Source: an uncultured Verrucomicrobiae bacterium
Lineage (GTDB): Bacteria; Verrucomicrobiota; Verrucomicrobiia; Chthoniobacterales; JAFAMB01
NCBI GenBank assembly: GCA_963762565.1
Contig: CAVXLD010000011.1
Location: 178,596-242,595 of the forward strand
Length of the DNA: 64,000 bases
Direction: 5' to 3'
Shown here in pieces: positions 27,701-38,170 of this stretch (position 1 is the first letter of the stretch; every line of letters starts with the position of its first letter). The notes under the pieces are model-generated. The model was not told where the DNA came from and ran no database searches. It worked only from the letters and a program-made list of their open reading frames with translations. Position numbers and translations under genes: made by a program.

Positions 27701-29869
27701 ATGCAACGTCTACTTAGAAACAAAGCCGGCGGGCCGAATAATTCGGGTCCGGCTTTCTTCGATCAAGGGAAAGCGATCGACTCGAGTCGAGGTGTCGCTA
27801 TCCGAAATCTACTCCGGGGTGTAACGACTTTGGGGTCCGTATTAATTCTGTCAGGTCCATGCGCGCTCTTTGCTGCGCAAAACACCATTGAGATGGCTCC
27901 GTTGGTTGCCAAATCGACTTATCTGGCGCCGCTGGATACGACCCAAGAGATCGGTGTAACCCTGTGCTTACCGCTGTCCGACTCGAAGGGCGCCGCGGAA
28001 TTTGAGCGCCGGGTCTCGACGCCCGGAGACGCGCTATTCCATCAATACATCACGCCGGAAGAATTTGCGGCTAGGTATGGCGCTAACGCCGCGGATTACG
28101 CCGCGCTCAAAGCATGGGCGGCCACAGTCGGCTTGAAAGTGTCGCAAGAATCGATTGCTCGGACGGTGCTAGGCCTCCGCGGCACCGCTGGCCAGATGCA
28201 AACGATCTTCAAGACTCAGCTCAACCAGTACAAGGGACCGGATGGGGCGGAGTTTTATTCGGCGAGTTTCAGTCCGACCATTCCGAACGAGATCGCTTCC
28301 AAGGTTTCCAGCGTGCTTGGGTTAACCGGGAGCAGGCAATTTGCACCGCATATTAAGATCGGCAAGGTGCTTGGGGAATCCCCCAAATGGGGTCCTACTA
28401 CTGACGCCACCGGCAAAACGAACGGCACGCACGGAAGCGGTCCTGGTGGAGGTTACACTGCCGCCAATCTACGCACGGCGTATGGTATTCCTGCGTTCGG
28501 TAAGTATCAGAGCAACACAGTAGTCGCGCTGTTCGAGCAAGGCGGTTTCTCAATCACTGACGTCGCCAAGTATGCGGATGCGAATAATCTGCCATTACCG
28601 AAATTGACGCCGGTTAGCGTTGATAAATCTCCCACCACCGTCTCAAACGCGGGTGTGGAAGGTGAAGCCGTTCTCGACATCGACATGATCATGGGAATCA
28701 ATCCCTCTGTATCGGAGATCCGGGTGTACGAGGATTCGATCGATATTTTCCCAACGGCGTTGGTCGACGCATTGACGCAAATTGCTGACGACAAAAAAGT
28801 GTCGGTTGTGAGTATCTCCTACGGAGACGACGAGTACAACCAAGGTAGCGCGGCGATGGAAGCCGAAAACGCCGCTCTGGGACAGCTAACCGGGGAAGGC
28901 ATTACGATCCTGGCGAGTTCTGGTGACCAAGGAGCATACGGACGTGGGCCAAACGGTCCCTACAATGTGGAAGATCCATCTTCTCAACCTTTTGTTACCG
29001 GGGTTGGAGGTACTACTCTGTTCACTGACGGGAACTCCAACTACGAGGGCGAGCAGGTGTGGAATGAATTGGCTAACTTTGCCGGTGCTACTGGCGGCGG
29101 AATCAGCTCCTACTGGACGATTCCATTCTTTCAGTCTTCGGAACCGATATCCAATTATGTGACCCAAAACGGTGGATCTTCCACCTATCGCAACGTGCCG
29201 GATGTGGCTGCGGTTGCCGATCTTTTCACCGGGGTCTCCGTTTACTCGAAGATTAACGGTGGCTGGCTCATCATTGGGGGAACGAGTGTCTCGGCTCCGA
29301 TTTGGGCAGGTTACGTCACTCTTATTAATTCGGGTCTTCATTATCTCGGGCTTAAAGATGTCGGCTACTTCAACAGCCTGTTATACGCCGTGGGAGGTCA
29401 GGTCACCGGAGGCGGCGGAGACGCCGCTTATGAATTATTCGATATCATCGAAGGTACCAACGGCCTCCCTGCAAATATATCTTTCGGAAATCCGGGATTT
29501 AGTGCTGGAGCCGGGTACGATAACTGTTCCGGTAACGGCTCGTTGTGGGGATCAAACTTCTTCCCGCAATTGGCGGACCTTTATGTCGGAGGTAATTTCA
29601 ACGGAATCAGCAATCTGAATGTCGTTGCAGGGTCGACGTCGGCCGTAGCGACCTGGCAGGCGTACCCGGGAGCAACGGGCTACATCGTCCAACTCGCGGA
29701 TCTTAATGTTGGTTTTGCTTATCCTGCGGGTAGTGTCTATCTGACAAAGAACACGACGTTCAAACTCACTGGGCTGATCCCAAATACTGGGGACTACTCA
29801 CTGATTGTTTGGGCAATTACCCCGAATAGCTGGGCTGAGGGAGCTTGGACGTTCTCGACTAGTCCCTAA
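27701..29869 (+). CDS. S53 family (sedolisin/kumamolisin-like) peptidase with prodomain and C-terminal FN3-like extension
   Basis: Prodomain YITPEEFAARYG; catalytic EAVLD, SSGDQG, GGTSVSAP; RNVPDVAA; AGYDNCSGNGS. Confidence 0.92.
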   Translation: MQRLLRNKAGGPNNSGPAFFDQGKAIDSSRGVAIRNLLRGVTTLGSVLILSGPCALFAAQNTIEMAPLVAKSTYLAPLDTTQEIGVTLCLPLSDSKGAAEFERRVSTPGDALFHQYITPEEFAARYGANAADYAALKAWAATVGLKVSQESIARTVLGLRGTAGQMQTIFKTQLNQYKGPDGAEFYSASFSPTIPNEIASKVSSVLGLTGSRQFAPHIKIGKVLGESPKWGPTTDATGKTNGTHGSGPGGGYTAANLRTAYGIPAFGKYQSNTVVALFEQGGFSITDVAKYADANNLPLPKLTPVSVDKSPTTVSNAGVEGEAVLDIDMIMGINPSVSEIRVYEDSIDIFPTALVDALTQIADDKKVSVVSISYGDDEYNQGSAAMEAENAALGQLTGEGITILASSGDQGAYGRGPNGPYNVEDPSSQPFVTGVGGTTLFTDGNSNYEGEQVWNELANFAGATGGGISSYWTIPFFQSSEPISNYVTQNGGSSTYRNVPDVAAVADLFTGVSVYSKINGGWLIIGGTSVSAPIWAGYVTLINSGLHYLGLKDVGYFNSLLYAVGGQVTGGGGDAAYELFDIIEGTNGLPANISFGNPGFSAGAGYDNCSGNGSLWGSNFFPQLADLYVGGNFNGISNLNVVAGSTSAVATWQAYPGATGYIVQLADLNVGFAYPAGSVYLTKNTTFKLTGLIPNTGDYSLIVWAITPNSWAEGAWTFSTSP

Positions 29870-29889
29870 TCCGGCGGGCCTCGTGATTA

Positions 29890-29916
29890 GCACGGCCGCT
29901 GTCAGGGCGGCCGTGC
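29890..29916 (+). terminator. 10-bp stem hairpin downstream of the S53 gene, followed by AAATAGC heptamers (29928-29960)
   Basis: gcacggccgc-tgtcagg-gcggccgtgc; no clear U-tract on the + strand. Confidence 0.45.
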
Positions 29917-30142
29917 AGTCCTGAAAAGAATAGCAAATAGCAAATAGCAAAATAGCAAATGGGCGGACCAGGGCCGTCTGAGCGGGAACGAGACGCAGCG
30001 ATCTGGGCCTAGTCGTTGAGCCGAAAGCCATTGAGGCTAAACCAAGTACTTGGTCGAAGCGATTGCGTTTCAGAGCGGCCGGCGATGGTCAAACGGCCGG
30101 AGCTGGATGAAATGCTCGTTTAAACAGAACGCCTGATTTTCT

Positions 30143-30367
30143 ATGCCGGATCAACTGCCAAAAAGATCTAAGACGCCTGCCCAGGAGGCTTTTGAGACGC
30201 TGGCCTTTTTGTGGGGCGGTCTAGCCGTCGCGGCATTTTTTGGCTGGCAATACAACATGCCGCTCGTTCATCCGCTCGTTCAGCAGATTAACGATGCAGT
30301 CAGCCCGTACACGCTGCCTTGGCTAGAGAAAACCTTTGGGCAAGCGAACCCAGAACTCGGCTTCTAG
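30143..30367 (+). CDS. Small hypothetical single-TM protein
   Basis: ATG-started ORF with one hydrophobic helix; 12 bp before the next ORF. Confidence 0.45.
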   Translation: MPDQLPKRSKTPAQEAFETLAFLWGGLAVAAFFGWQYNMPLVHPLVQQINDAVSPYTLPWLEKTFGQANPELGF

Positions 30368-30379
30368 GGAATTAAGAAG

Positions 30380-30595
30380 ATGGAAATTGACGCGATCCGG
30401 ATCGGCGCGATCGACAGGCCACAGACTTGGAAACGATTTCTCTCGGCGGCTCTGGATTGGCTAAAGGAAAAGTTCCAAGCCGACTATTCCACTTGCGCGA
30501 CCGGCACCGACTCCAGCGCGATCGACAGCTTAGAGACGCATTGGTATTGGCGGCCTAATACTGGAGAAGCCGAAGCGCGATTACTGGCGGATTGA
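30380..30595 (+). CDS. Small hypothetical protein
   Basis: ATG-started ORF, operon-like spacing. Confidence 0.4.
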   Translation: MEIDAIRIGAIDRPQTWKRFLSAALDWLKEKFQADYSTCATGTDSSAIDSLETHWYWRPNTGEAEARLLAD

Positions 30596-30663
30596 AGGCC
30601 GATAATAGGAGCTTTCGCCCGTCGGAACAGCCCTGGAAACTATCCAGGGCTAGAGGCGCCGAT

Positions 30664-31617
30664 TCAACAATGGAGCTTCGGTTTCAGACTTGCCTGCTCG
30701 CAAGGGAGCTGCGCCCGAAACCAGCGGGCTAACTTACCCGGAACAACATTCCAATATTCGCCCCGGTAGCGCTGATCAACATATCTGAGCAACTCTAAGT
30801 ATCGGGCAACCGGGTACCGCCAGCCAGAGGTGGCCTTCTCTTTAAATGTCAGATAGTCAGGATGAACGTTCACCAAAGCCATGCCGCCGTGCTCAGCCAC
30901 CCAGTCAAGCTTTCGTTGCCAGATCTCGGCTGATTGCTCCTGCAAGAGAATGAACAAAGTAGAGTCTTGCGCCAGGGTGTAAGGAAGCTCAATGTACCCC
31001 GGTCGCCCATTCTTTGCCGGAACCAGAAATGGAAAGATCGTGTTCATGCAATCAGGTTGCGGTTCGAATGGATCTGTGTCGAAGGTCGAAGCGTCATATT
31101 CAATATCGAGTTCCCGGATCCAATCTAAATCGTGAAACATAAAGGCGGCCCGAAATCCGGTCGCGTTCCACTCGTCCAAGTAATGATTAATTGAACGAGC
31201 TTGCTGTTGGTACTTTTTACGGGATTGAAACAGGTTGCGGTCGTGACGCAAGTCATGTACGCCAACCTCGAATCCCTGGGCGAGCAGCCAATCCCGCAAT
31301 TCCTTTGGCGATAAATATTCACCTTCTGGCACGAAATTGAATGAGGAACGAAAGCCCAGGGCTAAGTCTAACTCGGCGAGTTCTCTCACTCGATCTAGCC
31401 CTGGCTGACCTTCGACGTCGTGAGTTAGCACGAATGCGAACCGCTTCCCCTCAGGCCATCCTTGCCAGCCTTCCGGGCGCCTGCCTGCGCTTTCCAGGAT
31501 CGGCCACACTCGCCCAGCGCTCCGCAACTGCCGCCTGACCAACCATCTGCGACATGCCAGCCGTAGCTGCGAATTCAGGTAAGGCTTGATAGAATAATAA
31601 AGTTGTCGTGCTAGCAT
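30664..31617 (-). CDS. Polysaccharide deacetylase-like protein
   Basis: FVLTHDVE, GFRSSFNFVP, EVGVHDLRH, GFRA, ELPYTLAQD, VHPDY. Confidence 0.8.
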   Translation of the reverse strand: MLARQLYYSIKPYLNSQLRLACRRWLVRRQLRSAGRVWPILESAGRRPEGWQGWPEGKRFAFVLTHDVEGQPGLDRVRELAELDLALGFRSSFNFVPEGEYLSPKELRDWLLAQGFEVGVHDLRHDRNLFQSRKKYQQQARSINHYLDEWNATGFRAAFMFHDLDWIRELDIEYDASTFDTDPFEPQPDCMNTIFPFLVPAKNGRPGYIELPYTLAQDSTLFILLQEQSAEIWQRKLDWVAEHGGMALVNVHPDYLTFKEKATSGWRYPVARYLELLRYVDQRYRGEYWNVVPGKLARWFRAQLPCEQASLKPKLHC

Positions 31618-31699
31618 CTATTTCAATGGGCAGCCGCTCTACACCGGCAGTCCGCGGTGCATCCGATGGACGACGGAATCGGTAAACTCAGCAGGGTAC

Positions 31700-32782
31700 T
31701 CACGCGATATGCCGGTAGAGTATTCTTCCGCACCAGCGCAAAACTGGTACCGGCATCATGCTAAAGATCCGGTTGTGAAAGCCGGAAGCCTGATCCGTAT
31801 CTTCCATGAATCGATTCTTCCTGAAATTGAATCGATAATAGTGAACCATGCTTTCCTCTGTTCCCCACCCAAGCTTATATCTACGAAGACCCTCATTCGT
31901 GATGGAGGTCCGGCCAAAGTCAAGTGTCACGAATGCTTGCCTTTTCAGATGACAAATGGACTCCCACATCACGAGGTTGTTACCCCGGAGGTGCAGGTCG
32001 TCCTTATCCGAAGCGCCAAACTTGTAGTACGCCCGTGTACCTTGATGCAAAAAGACAGCGCCAGCAATCGGTTTCGTTTTCGCTCGGGCGATCGTGACAA
32101 ATCCCAGCCCTTTTTGTAAGAGGTTTCTCTGAATGCTTCGGAAGAATTTTACCGGCTGAGGCGGAATTCCATGGTTCTTCCGTGTTAGACAATGAAGCGA
32201 GTAGTACGCGTCCATCAACCCGCTGGAGGAACCGATTTCTACGACTAACCCGTTCCGTTGGGCTTGACGCACATGTCGTCGCACGGCGTCCCTACAGCCC
32301 TTAAAAAGGTGGTCACACCCCGGCGACAAATCCAAGGAGTGCGTATAGAAAACAAGGCTTGGAACAGCGAACTCTGGTACGTTTGCTTCTCCATGTAAGA
32401 CCAGGCTTTTCCACCCCCTAGCCCGCGCTTCCTTCAAAACTGGAGAGAGCAGCACACCTGGTTCGATATTCTCACTAGTTAGAGCTTCCGACCGATCCGT
32501 GAAAGGCAGCGCCACTCCTCGATAGCCTGTGAACCAACGTCTCACCTCCATGCACGGTAGGAGCCCCAACAAGCCATTATCCCTCCGCACTAAAAAGTAG
32601 GTGGGCTGGTATCCATAAGTTTCGCATAGTACCCTGGCCCAAGCCGAACCATGGAAGATCGTCGCTTTAGCATAGGACTTCAGAAAATTATCCCACTGGC
32701 CGTTTAGCAATGGATTCACAATCTCGACGCTTTCGGACAGGCCGGATCGTTCGAGATAGTCTCTGACTGCTTGAACCTGCAT
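31700..32782 (-). CDS. GNAT / FemAB-like acyltransferase
   Basis: ATIFHGSAW, ALPFTD, YYKFGAS, NNLVMWESI, LDFGRTS ... GLRRYKLGWG. Confidence 0.85.
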   Translation of the reverse strand: MQVQAVRDYLERSGLSESVEIVNPLLNGQWDNFLKSYAKATIFHGSAWARVLCETYGYQPTYFLVRRDNGLLGLLPCMEVRRWFTGYRGVALPFTDRSEALTSENIEPGVLLSPVLKEARARGWKSLVLHGEANVPEFAVPSLVFYTHSLDLSPGCDHLFKGCRDAVRRHVRQAQRNGLVVEIGSSSGLMDAYYSLHCLTRKNHGIPPQPVKFFRSIQRNLLQKGLGFVTIARAKTKPIAGAVFLHQGTRAYYKFGASDKDDLHLRGNNLVMWESICHLKRQAFVTLDFGRTSITNEGLRRYKLGWGTEESMVHYYRFNFRKNRFMEDTDQASGFHNRIFSMMPVPVLRWCGRILYRHIA

Positions 32783-33315
32783 TTTGAGCGCTTACTGTTG
32801 TGCGATCCACTTACCAACACGTTCATTCATTTTCCGATCAGCTCCGTCTCAGTCGGCGTTAGCTTTATAGCGTCGCTCAGTGATGGTGTTCGGGTCGCGT
32901 GGCCCGAGTGGTCGTGAGCTTCGGAGAAAAAAATAAGGCCCGGCTAGGCGTTTTCTCCACAATAGGCCTTTGGAGCATTCGGACCGCTACAGGACTAGAA
33001 GAGCTATGGCGGGATCAGACTATCGGCGACGACCTGGGTCTTCAACCCCGGAAGTCAATCCGGCTACCCGACCTTCTCCCAGCCCGAGTCCCGAAGTAAA
33101 TCCGGCACAGGAAAACGACCGCGAAGGACAGCCCGAAACGCATATGAACTAACCGCTGAATGAAGACCTTCAATTGTGAACTGGCAAGATGCTTTTCAGC
33201 GGAAGAATAGGTTTGGCTAACGGAGCGCTCTAGCAAGAACGGCCCCATCAACGACAAGATGAAACACGTCCGCCAGGTCCTTCGCCGCCGATCCAGAGCG
33301 GAACCTCAGATTTTT

Positions 33316-33549
33316 ATGAAACCGGAAGAAATTGTTCTGCTGCCAGCGACTCACGAGACCGTTGCGTGTTTCCACGTCAAAGAAGATCTTGTTTCCAACT
33401 TTCTTCGCCATCTCGAGAGCGAAGGGATAGAGGTCACCGAGCCGCCCCAACGCCAGGGAAATCCAGAAATGCCCTTCGTAAAAGTGAACGTCGAAGAGGG
33501 AATTCCGGAAGCAAAGCTCCAACAAGCACTCGATGATTTCAAAAGATAA
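33316..33549 (+). CDS. Small hypothetical protein upstream of treZ
   Basis: 77-aa ORF with globular-looking composition ending 23 bp before treZ. Confidence 0.5.
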   Translation: MKPEEIVLLPATHETVACFHVKEDLVSNFLRHLESEGIEVTEPPQRQGNPEMPFVKVNVEEGIPEAKLQQALDDFKR

Positions 33550-33572
33550 CCGGTAACCTTGCAGGTAGTTCG

Positions 33573-35480
33573 ATGGAATACTATCGACGGATGCCGATCG
33601 GCGCCGAGGTACAGCGGAATAGGGGCGGCGTGCATTTCCGGGTTTGGTCAACGACTGCGTCGAACGTTAGGGTTCGGGTGAGTGGTGATGCCGAGGTCAA
33701 CAACAGCCCGGTGCGGGCTGTCCTGAATCCGGAGGGCAATCACTATTTTTCCGGCTATGTACCCGAGGCCAAAGCCGGCGATTTCTACAAGTTCATTATT
33801 GACGAACGCCTCTTGCCCGATCCGGCAGCTCGTGCTCAGTACGGCGGCCCGCATGGACCCTCCATGATCATCGATTCAGACGACTACACCTGGCAGGACG
33901 AACATTGGAATGGGGTTCCCTCCGAAACTCAAATTATTTATGAGATGCACCTCGGCACTTTCACTGCTGAAGGTACCTGGACCGGCGCGCGCGGACGTAT
34001 TGGTTATCTTAGTGACCTAGGCGTGACGGTCATTGAGATTATGCCACTCGCCGAATTCAGCGGCAAATTCGGCTGGGGGTATGATGGTGTCTGTCTATTT
34101 GCACCATCGGCATTGTATGGCCAACCTCACGAGGCGAAACGTTTCATCGATGAATGCCACCGGGCCGGAATTTCGGTAATCCTGGACGTGGTTTACAATC
34201 ACGTCGGGCAGGACGGCAATTATCTCCCCCTCTTTTCGCCCGACTACTTCACCGATCGGTATCAAACGGAGTGGGGAAAACCCTTCAACTTTGACGGGCT
34301 TAATTCGGGACCCGTTCGTGAATTTTTTGTTGAGAATGCCAAGTACTGGATCCGCGAGTTTCATTTCGACGGATTCAGGTTTGATGCTACCCAGCAAATT
34401 TTCGATACTTCTCCCCGGCATATTCTCGCTGAAATTTCCGCAGCTGTGAGGGAAGCGGCGGGAACTCGCCGGCTTTACCTCGTGGCCGAGAATGAGCCTC
34501 AATGCGTAAAGCTGGTGCAGTCTCCGGAAGAAGGGGGATATGGATTAGATTCAGTCTGGAATGATGATTTTCATCATTCAGCGATCGTTGCCCTTACCGG
34601 GCGGGCTGAAGCTTACTATTGTGATTACCAGGGCTATGCGCAGGAATTTCTGTCCGCGGCTAAATGGGGTTTTCTGTACCAGGGGCAATATTACGCCTGG
34701 CAAAAGAAGAATCGGGGTACCTGGGCGGTAGGCCTATCTCCCGATCGTTTTGTAAACTTCATTCAAAACCACGATCAAGTGGCGAACTCGCTTGCCGGTC
34801 ATCGCGTCCATACCTTAGCCGGATCAGGGGCGGTACGAGCCATGACCACGTTGCTCTTGCTTGGCCCGTGGACGCCGATGCTTTTCCAGGGTGAAGAATT
34901 CGCGGCTTCCACCCCGTTTCTCTACTTTGCGGACCAGCCGCCAGAGATAGCATCGAAGACAGCGGAAGGACGAGCCGAGTTTCTCAAGCAATTCCCGAGC
35001 TTGTCTTCACCTGAGGTTGCGCAACATCTGCCGAACCCAAACGACCATTCGACTTTCGAGCAATGCAAATTGAATTTTGAAGATCTGCAGACACATGAGC
35101 CGATTTATTCGCTGCACAAACACCTCATCGCTCTTCGTCGATCCGACCCGGTAATCAATGGCCGGGAAAGACATTTCCTGGATGGTGCAGTTTATGGGCC
35201 TCATCTGCTGATACTTCGGTATTTCGGACTGGCATCCGGTAATGACCGGCTGGCCATTATCAATTTTGATCGAGATCAGGTCATTTCGCCTGCGCCTATT
35301 CCGCTTTTGGCTGCGCCGCCGGATCGAGCCTGGGAACTCATCTTTTCGTCAGAGGATCCTCAGTACTCCGGTCAGGGCGCTCCGGCGATTCATTTTGACG
35401 AGCGACTCAGAGTAGCCGGGTATTCGGCGACCGTCTTCAAGAGCAGCCCAAGTCAGTTGATGGGATTTGTCGCGGGGTGA
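33573..35480 (+). CDS. treZ: Malto-oligosyltrehalose trehalohydrolase (GH13)
   Basis: IYEMHLGTFT, WGYDGV, DVVYNH, DGFRFDA, VAENE, WNDDFHH, QNHDQVAN, PMLFQGEE. Confidence 0.92.
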   Translation: MEYYRRMPIGAEVQRNRGGVHFRVWSTTASNVRVRVSGDAEVNNSPVRAVLNPEGNHYFSGYVPEAKAGDFYKFIIDERLLPDPAARAQYGGPHGPSMIIDSDDYTWQDEHWNGVPSETQIIYEMHLGTFTAEGTWTGARGRIGYLSDLGVTVIEIMPLAEFSGKFGWGYDGVCLFAPSALYGQPHEAKRFIDECHRAGISVILDVVYNHVGQDGNYLPLFSPDYFTDRYQTEWGKPFNFDGLNSGPVREFFVENAKYWIREFHFDGFRFDATQQIFDTSPRHILAEISAAVREAAGTRRLYLVAENEPQCVKLVQSPEEGGYGLDSVWNDDFHHSAIVALTGRAEAYYCDYQGYAQEFLSAAKWGFLYQGQYYAWQKKNRGTWAVGLSPDRFVNFIQNHDQVANSLAGHRVHTLAGSGAVRAMTTLLLLGPWTPMLFQGEEFAASTPFLYFADQPPEIASKTAEGRAEFLKQFPSLSSPEVAQHLPNPNDHSTFEQCKLNFEDLQTHEPIYSLHKHLIALRRSDPVINGRERHFLDGAVYGPHLLILRYFGLASGNDRLAIINFDRDQVISPAPIPLLAAPPDRAWELIFSSEDPQYSGQGAPAIHFDERLRVAGYSATVFKSSPSQLMGFVAG

Positions 35481-35815
35481 CACTGAATCCGTCGGAACTT
35501 GTCGGCCGATGTGGAGTTCAGTCAAAGACGGACCCAGCGCGAAGCCTCGCATCCGGTCTTCTACACCCATAACCCAATGCCGGGAGTTTTTATTCCTCGC
35601 TCGGGAGCTTACAGCCTCCTTGCTACTTAAATCTCCAAAACCTTGGTGCTTAAACGGTCTGTAGGCTAAGTTTTGTTTGGCGCTTCGCACCGCTGCTGGC
35701 CTTCACTTTTTCTTTAACGGCTTGGCGGCTATTCTGATTGTGCTCGACAGAAATTCTGGCGGGCATAGCCTTTGTCTGGTAGGTCGTAATTCATTGTCTA
35801 AGAACCATTTCTTCA

Positions 35816-36526
35816 ATGAGACTTCCGAACTGGTTCAAAGTTGTCTGGTGGGCCTTGCTTATTGCTCTCCTAACTTTTTTTCTCTTACAAAGATATCCAG
35901 ACCTGGTTGAGGGCCGGGCCGCACCTTTCGATGTGTTTGTGTTCTCGGTTTGGGCAGCTCTCGTTCTCGTTCCTCTTTTCCAGGAACTCAATTTATTCGG
36001 ACTGGAATTGAAGCAGGAAGTTCGGGAGCTAAGATCTGAACTCAAATCCGAGTTTGTGAACCTGCGCACCCAAATTCGGAGTACTGCCGAGGCTGAAGCG
36101 CGGGTTAATTTGGTGCCCTTGCCGGACGCCGAGCTGCCAGCTCTAGAAAAGCGCGCTCAAGTCGCTATCAAAAAGACCATCCAACAACATGGCTCACCAC
36201 ACGAGCCGAGTCTTACTTCGCGGATTTCAGTGGACGATTACACGCAGGCCCTCTTTGAGGCGCGCTACAGTATCGAACGCGAGCTACGACGAATCGCAGC
36301 AGCACGCCTCGACATCAGTGGGGAAGGTAGTCCGCGCCCGATCACGGAGATCATTGGGACGCTAGTCGAATCGCAATTGCTTGATTTCGGACTCGCCACC
36401 GCGATCAGGGAAGTTTATGCCATCTGTTCTTTTGCTGTCCACGGACAGACTCCGTCCGAGGCGCAGGTCCGCTTCGTGGAGAATGTCCTCCCTGGTTTGT
36501 TAAAGGCGTTGCATGCGATTCATTGA
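35816..36526 (+). CDS. Hypothetical protein: two TM helices, coiled coil, C-terminal HEPN/DUF4145-like helical domain
   Basis: N-terminal hydrophobic pair; ARYSIERELRRI ... IREVYAICSFAVHG. Confidence 0.65.
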   Translation: MRLPNWFKVVWWALLIALLTFFLLQRYPDLVEGRAAPFDVFVFSVWAALVLVPLFQELNLFGLELKQEVRELRSELKSEFVNLRTQIRSTAEAEARVNLVPLPDAELPALEKRAQVAIKKTIQQHGSPHEPSLTSRISVDDYTQALFEARYSIERELRRIAAARLDISGEGSPRPITEIIGTLVESQLLDFGLATAIREVYAICSFAVHGQTPSEAQVRFVENVLPGLLKALHAIH

Positions 36527-36577
36527 AAACTCAATCCGCTAGCGGCGTACTGGGCGGAAGTTCGCAAAGACGGATTC

Positions 36578-36745
36578 TTTGAACAGAAGTTAGCAAGGGT
36601 AGCAAAGTTTACAGTTCCCGGAGGTCGTTTCCGAGATAAGGATCAAGCCAGGTTTTGGCGGTGATTTCGACCCAATTACTTAGTTTGTAGCGTGTCTACC
36701 TTTGCCTCTGTTGCGGCTATGCCGCGCTGTTACCTTCTGTTCAAA
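36578..36745. repeat. Inverted-repeat element between convergent genes
   Basis: tttgaacagaagttagcaagggtagcaaag ... ctttgcctctg...ttaccttctgttcaaa. Confidence 0.65.
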
Positions 36746-36867
36746 AATCTGCTTTGCATCCTTGCTGTATGAGAAGGAATTGGGCAACGGCCCGTATAGA
36801 CGCGACCCCAATTTCGCCCCCCGATTTCTGAAGGCTGCCAGACTTATAATCGCGACCAGTCCGGCCG

Positions 36868-37515
36868 TTATTGAGTCGGGATGATGACTTCTACACGGCG
36901 ATTTTTGGCCCGGCCGTCGGGATTGTCTGCTCCGTTAGCTCCGGTGTTTGGCGCAACCGGATTAGCCTTACCGAACCCTCTGGTCTGCAGTCCCGTTGCC
37001 GGAACACCGCCCTGAGTGGTTAGCCATTGCTTGACCGAGGTGGCCCGGCCCTCTGAAAGCCTTTGGTTGTAGGGATCACTCCCTTTCGAGTCTGTGTAAC
37101 CATTGATCAGCACCGATCCTTTTGACTTGGAGCGGATAATCGTGGCCAGCTTTTTGAGGGTTTCTTCTGCCGCGGGTTTCAGGTTCGTTTTGTCGAAGTC
37201 AAACAGCACATCACCTGGTAGTTCGACTCGGATTTCGGTTTTCCTGACGTCCGCACCCAGATCGGTCATTGCCTTAGCTAAGTCCTGGACATTTGCCTTC
37301 AAACCCACCGGTCCGCCTCCCACGCCTTGGGTCGAGCCTCCTATTCCCTGAGATATGCCGACAATAGCCCGGATATCGCTGTTCAGCGTCAGAGGGGCGT
37401 TCCGCGGGTCGGCCGGATTGATACTCCTGATGTCAGGCGTCTGCGCCTGTAGAGGCGTCGCGTCCGCGCCGAAAAGCAAAGCCGCGGCCAAGACCGCGCT
37501 TAGTTTTGGGCTCAT
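36868..37515 (-). CDS. OmpA C-like domain protein with signal peptide
   Basis: DVLFDFDK, GYTDSKGSDPYNQRLSEGRA, GRAKNRRVE. Confidence 0.93.
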   Translation of the reverse strand: MSPKLSAVLAAALLFGADATPLQAQTPDIRSINPADPRNAPLTLNSDIRAIVGISQGIGGSTQGVGGGPVGLKANVQDLAKAMTDLGADVRKTEIRVELPGDVLFDFDKTNLKPAAEETLKKLATIIRSKSKGSVLINGYTDSKGSDPYNQRLSEGRATSVKQWLTTQGGVPATGLQTRGFGKANPVAPNTGANGADNPDGRAKNRRVEVIIPTQ

Positions 37516-37988
37516 TGGGAGATGGGCAGGTCTTCAAAAGGCAAGATATCAGGGATCACCAAATTGATCTTAGTCGTTGTCGCAGGTGGAGCCGGGAATT
37601 TGAACCACACGATGAGTTTTCCAGCGGCTGGAATAGGCAACGAGCCGCTTCCATCCCAACCAGTCCCGATGTTTCCACCAACCGCCGGTGCAGCCAGAAA
37701 GGCGTTCTGGCTGTCCTTAAGGACCTGGTATTTCTTCTTGTCCTGTGTATCCAGAAAGTAGACGTCAGCCAACTTATAAGAACGAATATTAGCGTCGCTG
37801 GTGCCTTTATTCCGGTACATAAGCTGGATGGTCAGAATGCCTTCCTTCGCAGCGGCCTTGATCACGTCCACTTCGAGATCACCTTGGGTGGCCGGTTGGG
37901 TTTGGATTGCATCTGCCGGGCTGGGCAGTGTACCGGTTAGCAAGAGCAAGCCGGGAAGCAACGGGAGGAGGAGCTGCTGAAGTTTCAT
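37512..37988 (-). CDS. Hypothetical secreted beta-sandwich protein coupled to the OmpA gene
   Basis: Signal peptide MKLQQLLLPLL...; KKYQVLKD, WFKFPAPP; ATGA overlap with the OmpA gene. Confidence 0.75.
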   Translation of the reverse strand: MKLQQLLLPLLPGLLLLTGTLPSPADAIQTQPATQGDLEVDVIKAAAKEGILTIQLMYRNKGTSDANIRSYKLADVYFLDTQDKKKYQVLKDSQNAFLAAPAVGGNIGTGWDGSGSLPIPAAGKLIVWFKFPAPPATTTKINLVIPDILPFEDLPISQ

Positions 37989-38170
37989 AGAACGCACCAA
38001 AATGTTTTTGGTTTGGGTTATGCCCCGCGTGACCGCTAACCCAGCTTCGTATATCAATCAGGGTTGCCATGTGCAAGGATAAAGCTGACGGGACCCCTCG
38101 CTCGTTGGCCAGGCGACGCCGTGAGCATCTCCATTGAGTATTGGGCAGCGGCTCCAGACGGTCGCGCGCT

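Noticed and set aside
32899..33152. Pro/Ser-rich ORFs with a short PEVNPA duplication
   Set aside because: Too short and low in complexity to call a gene.
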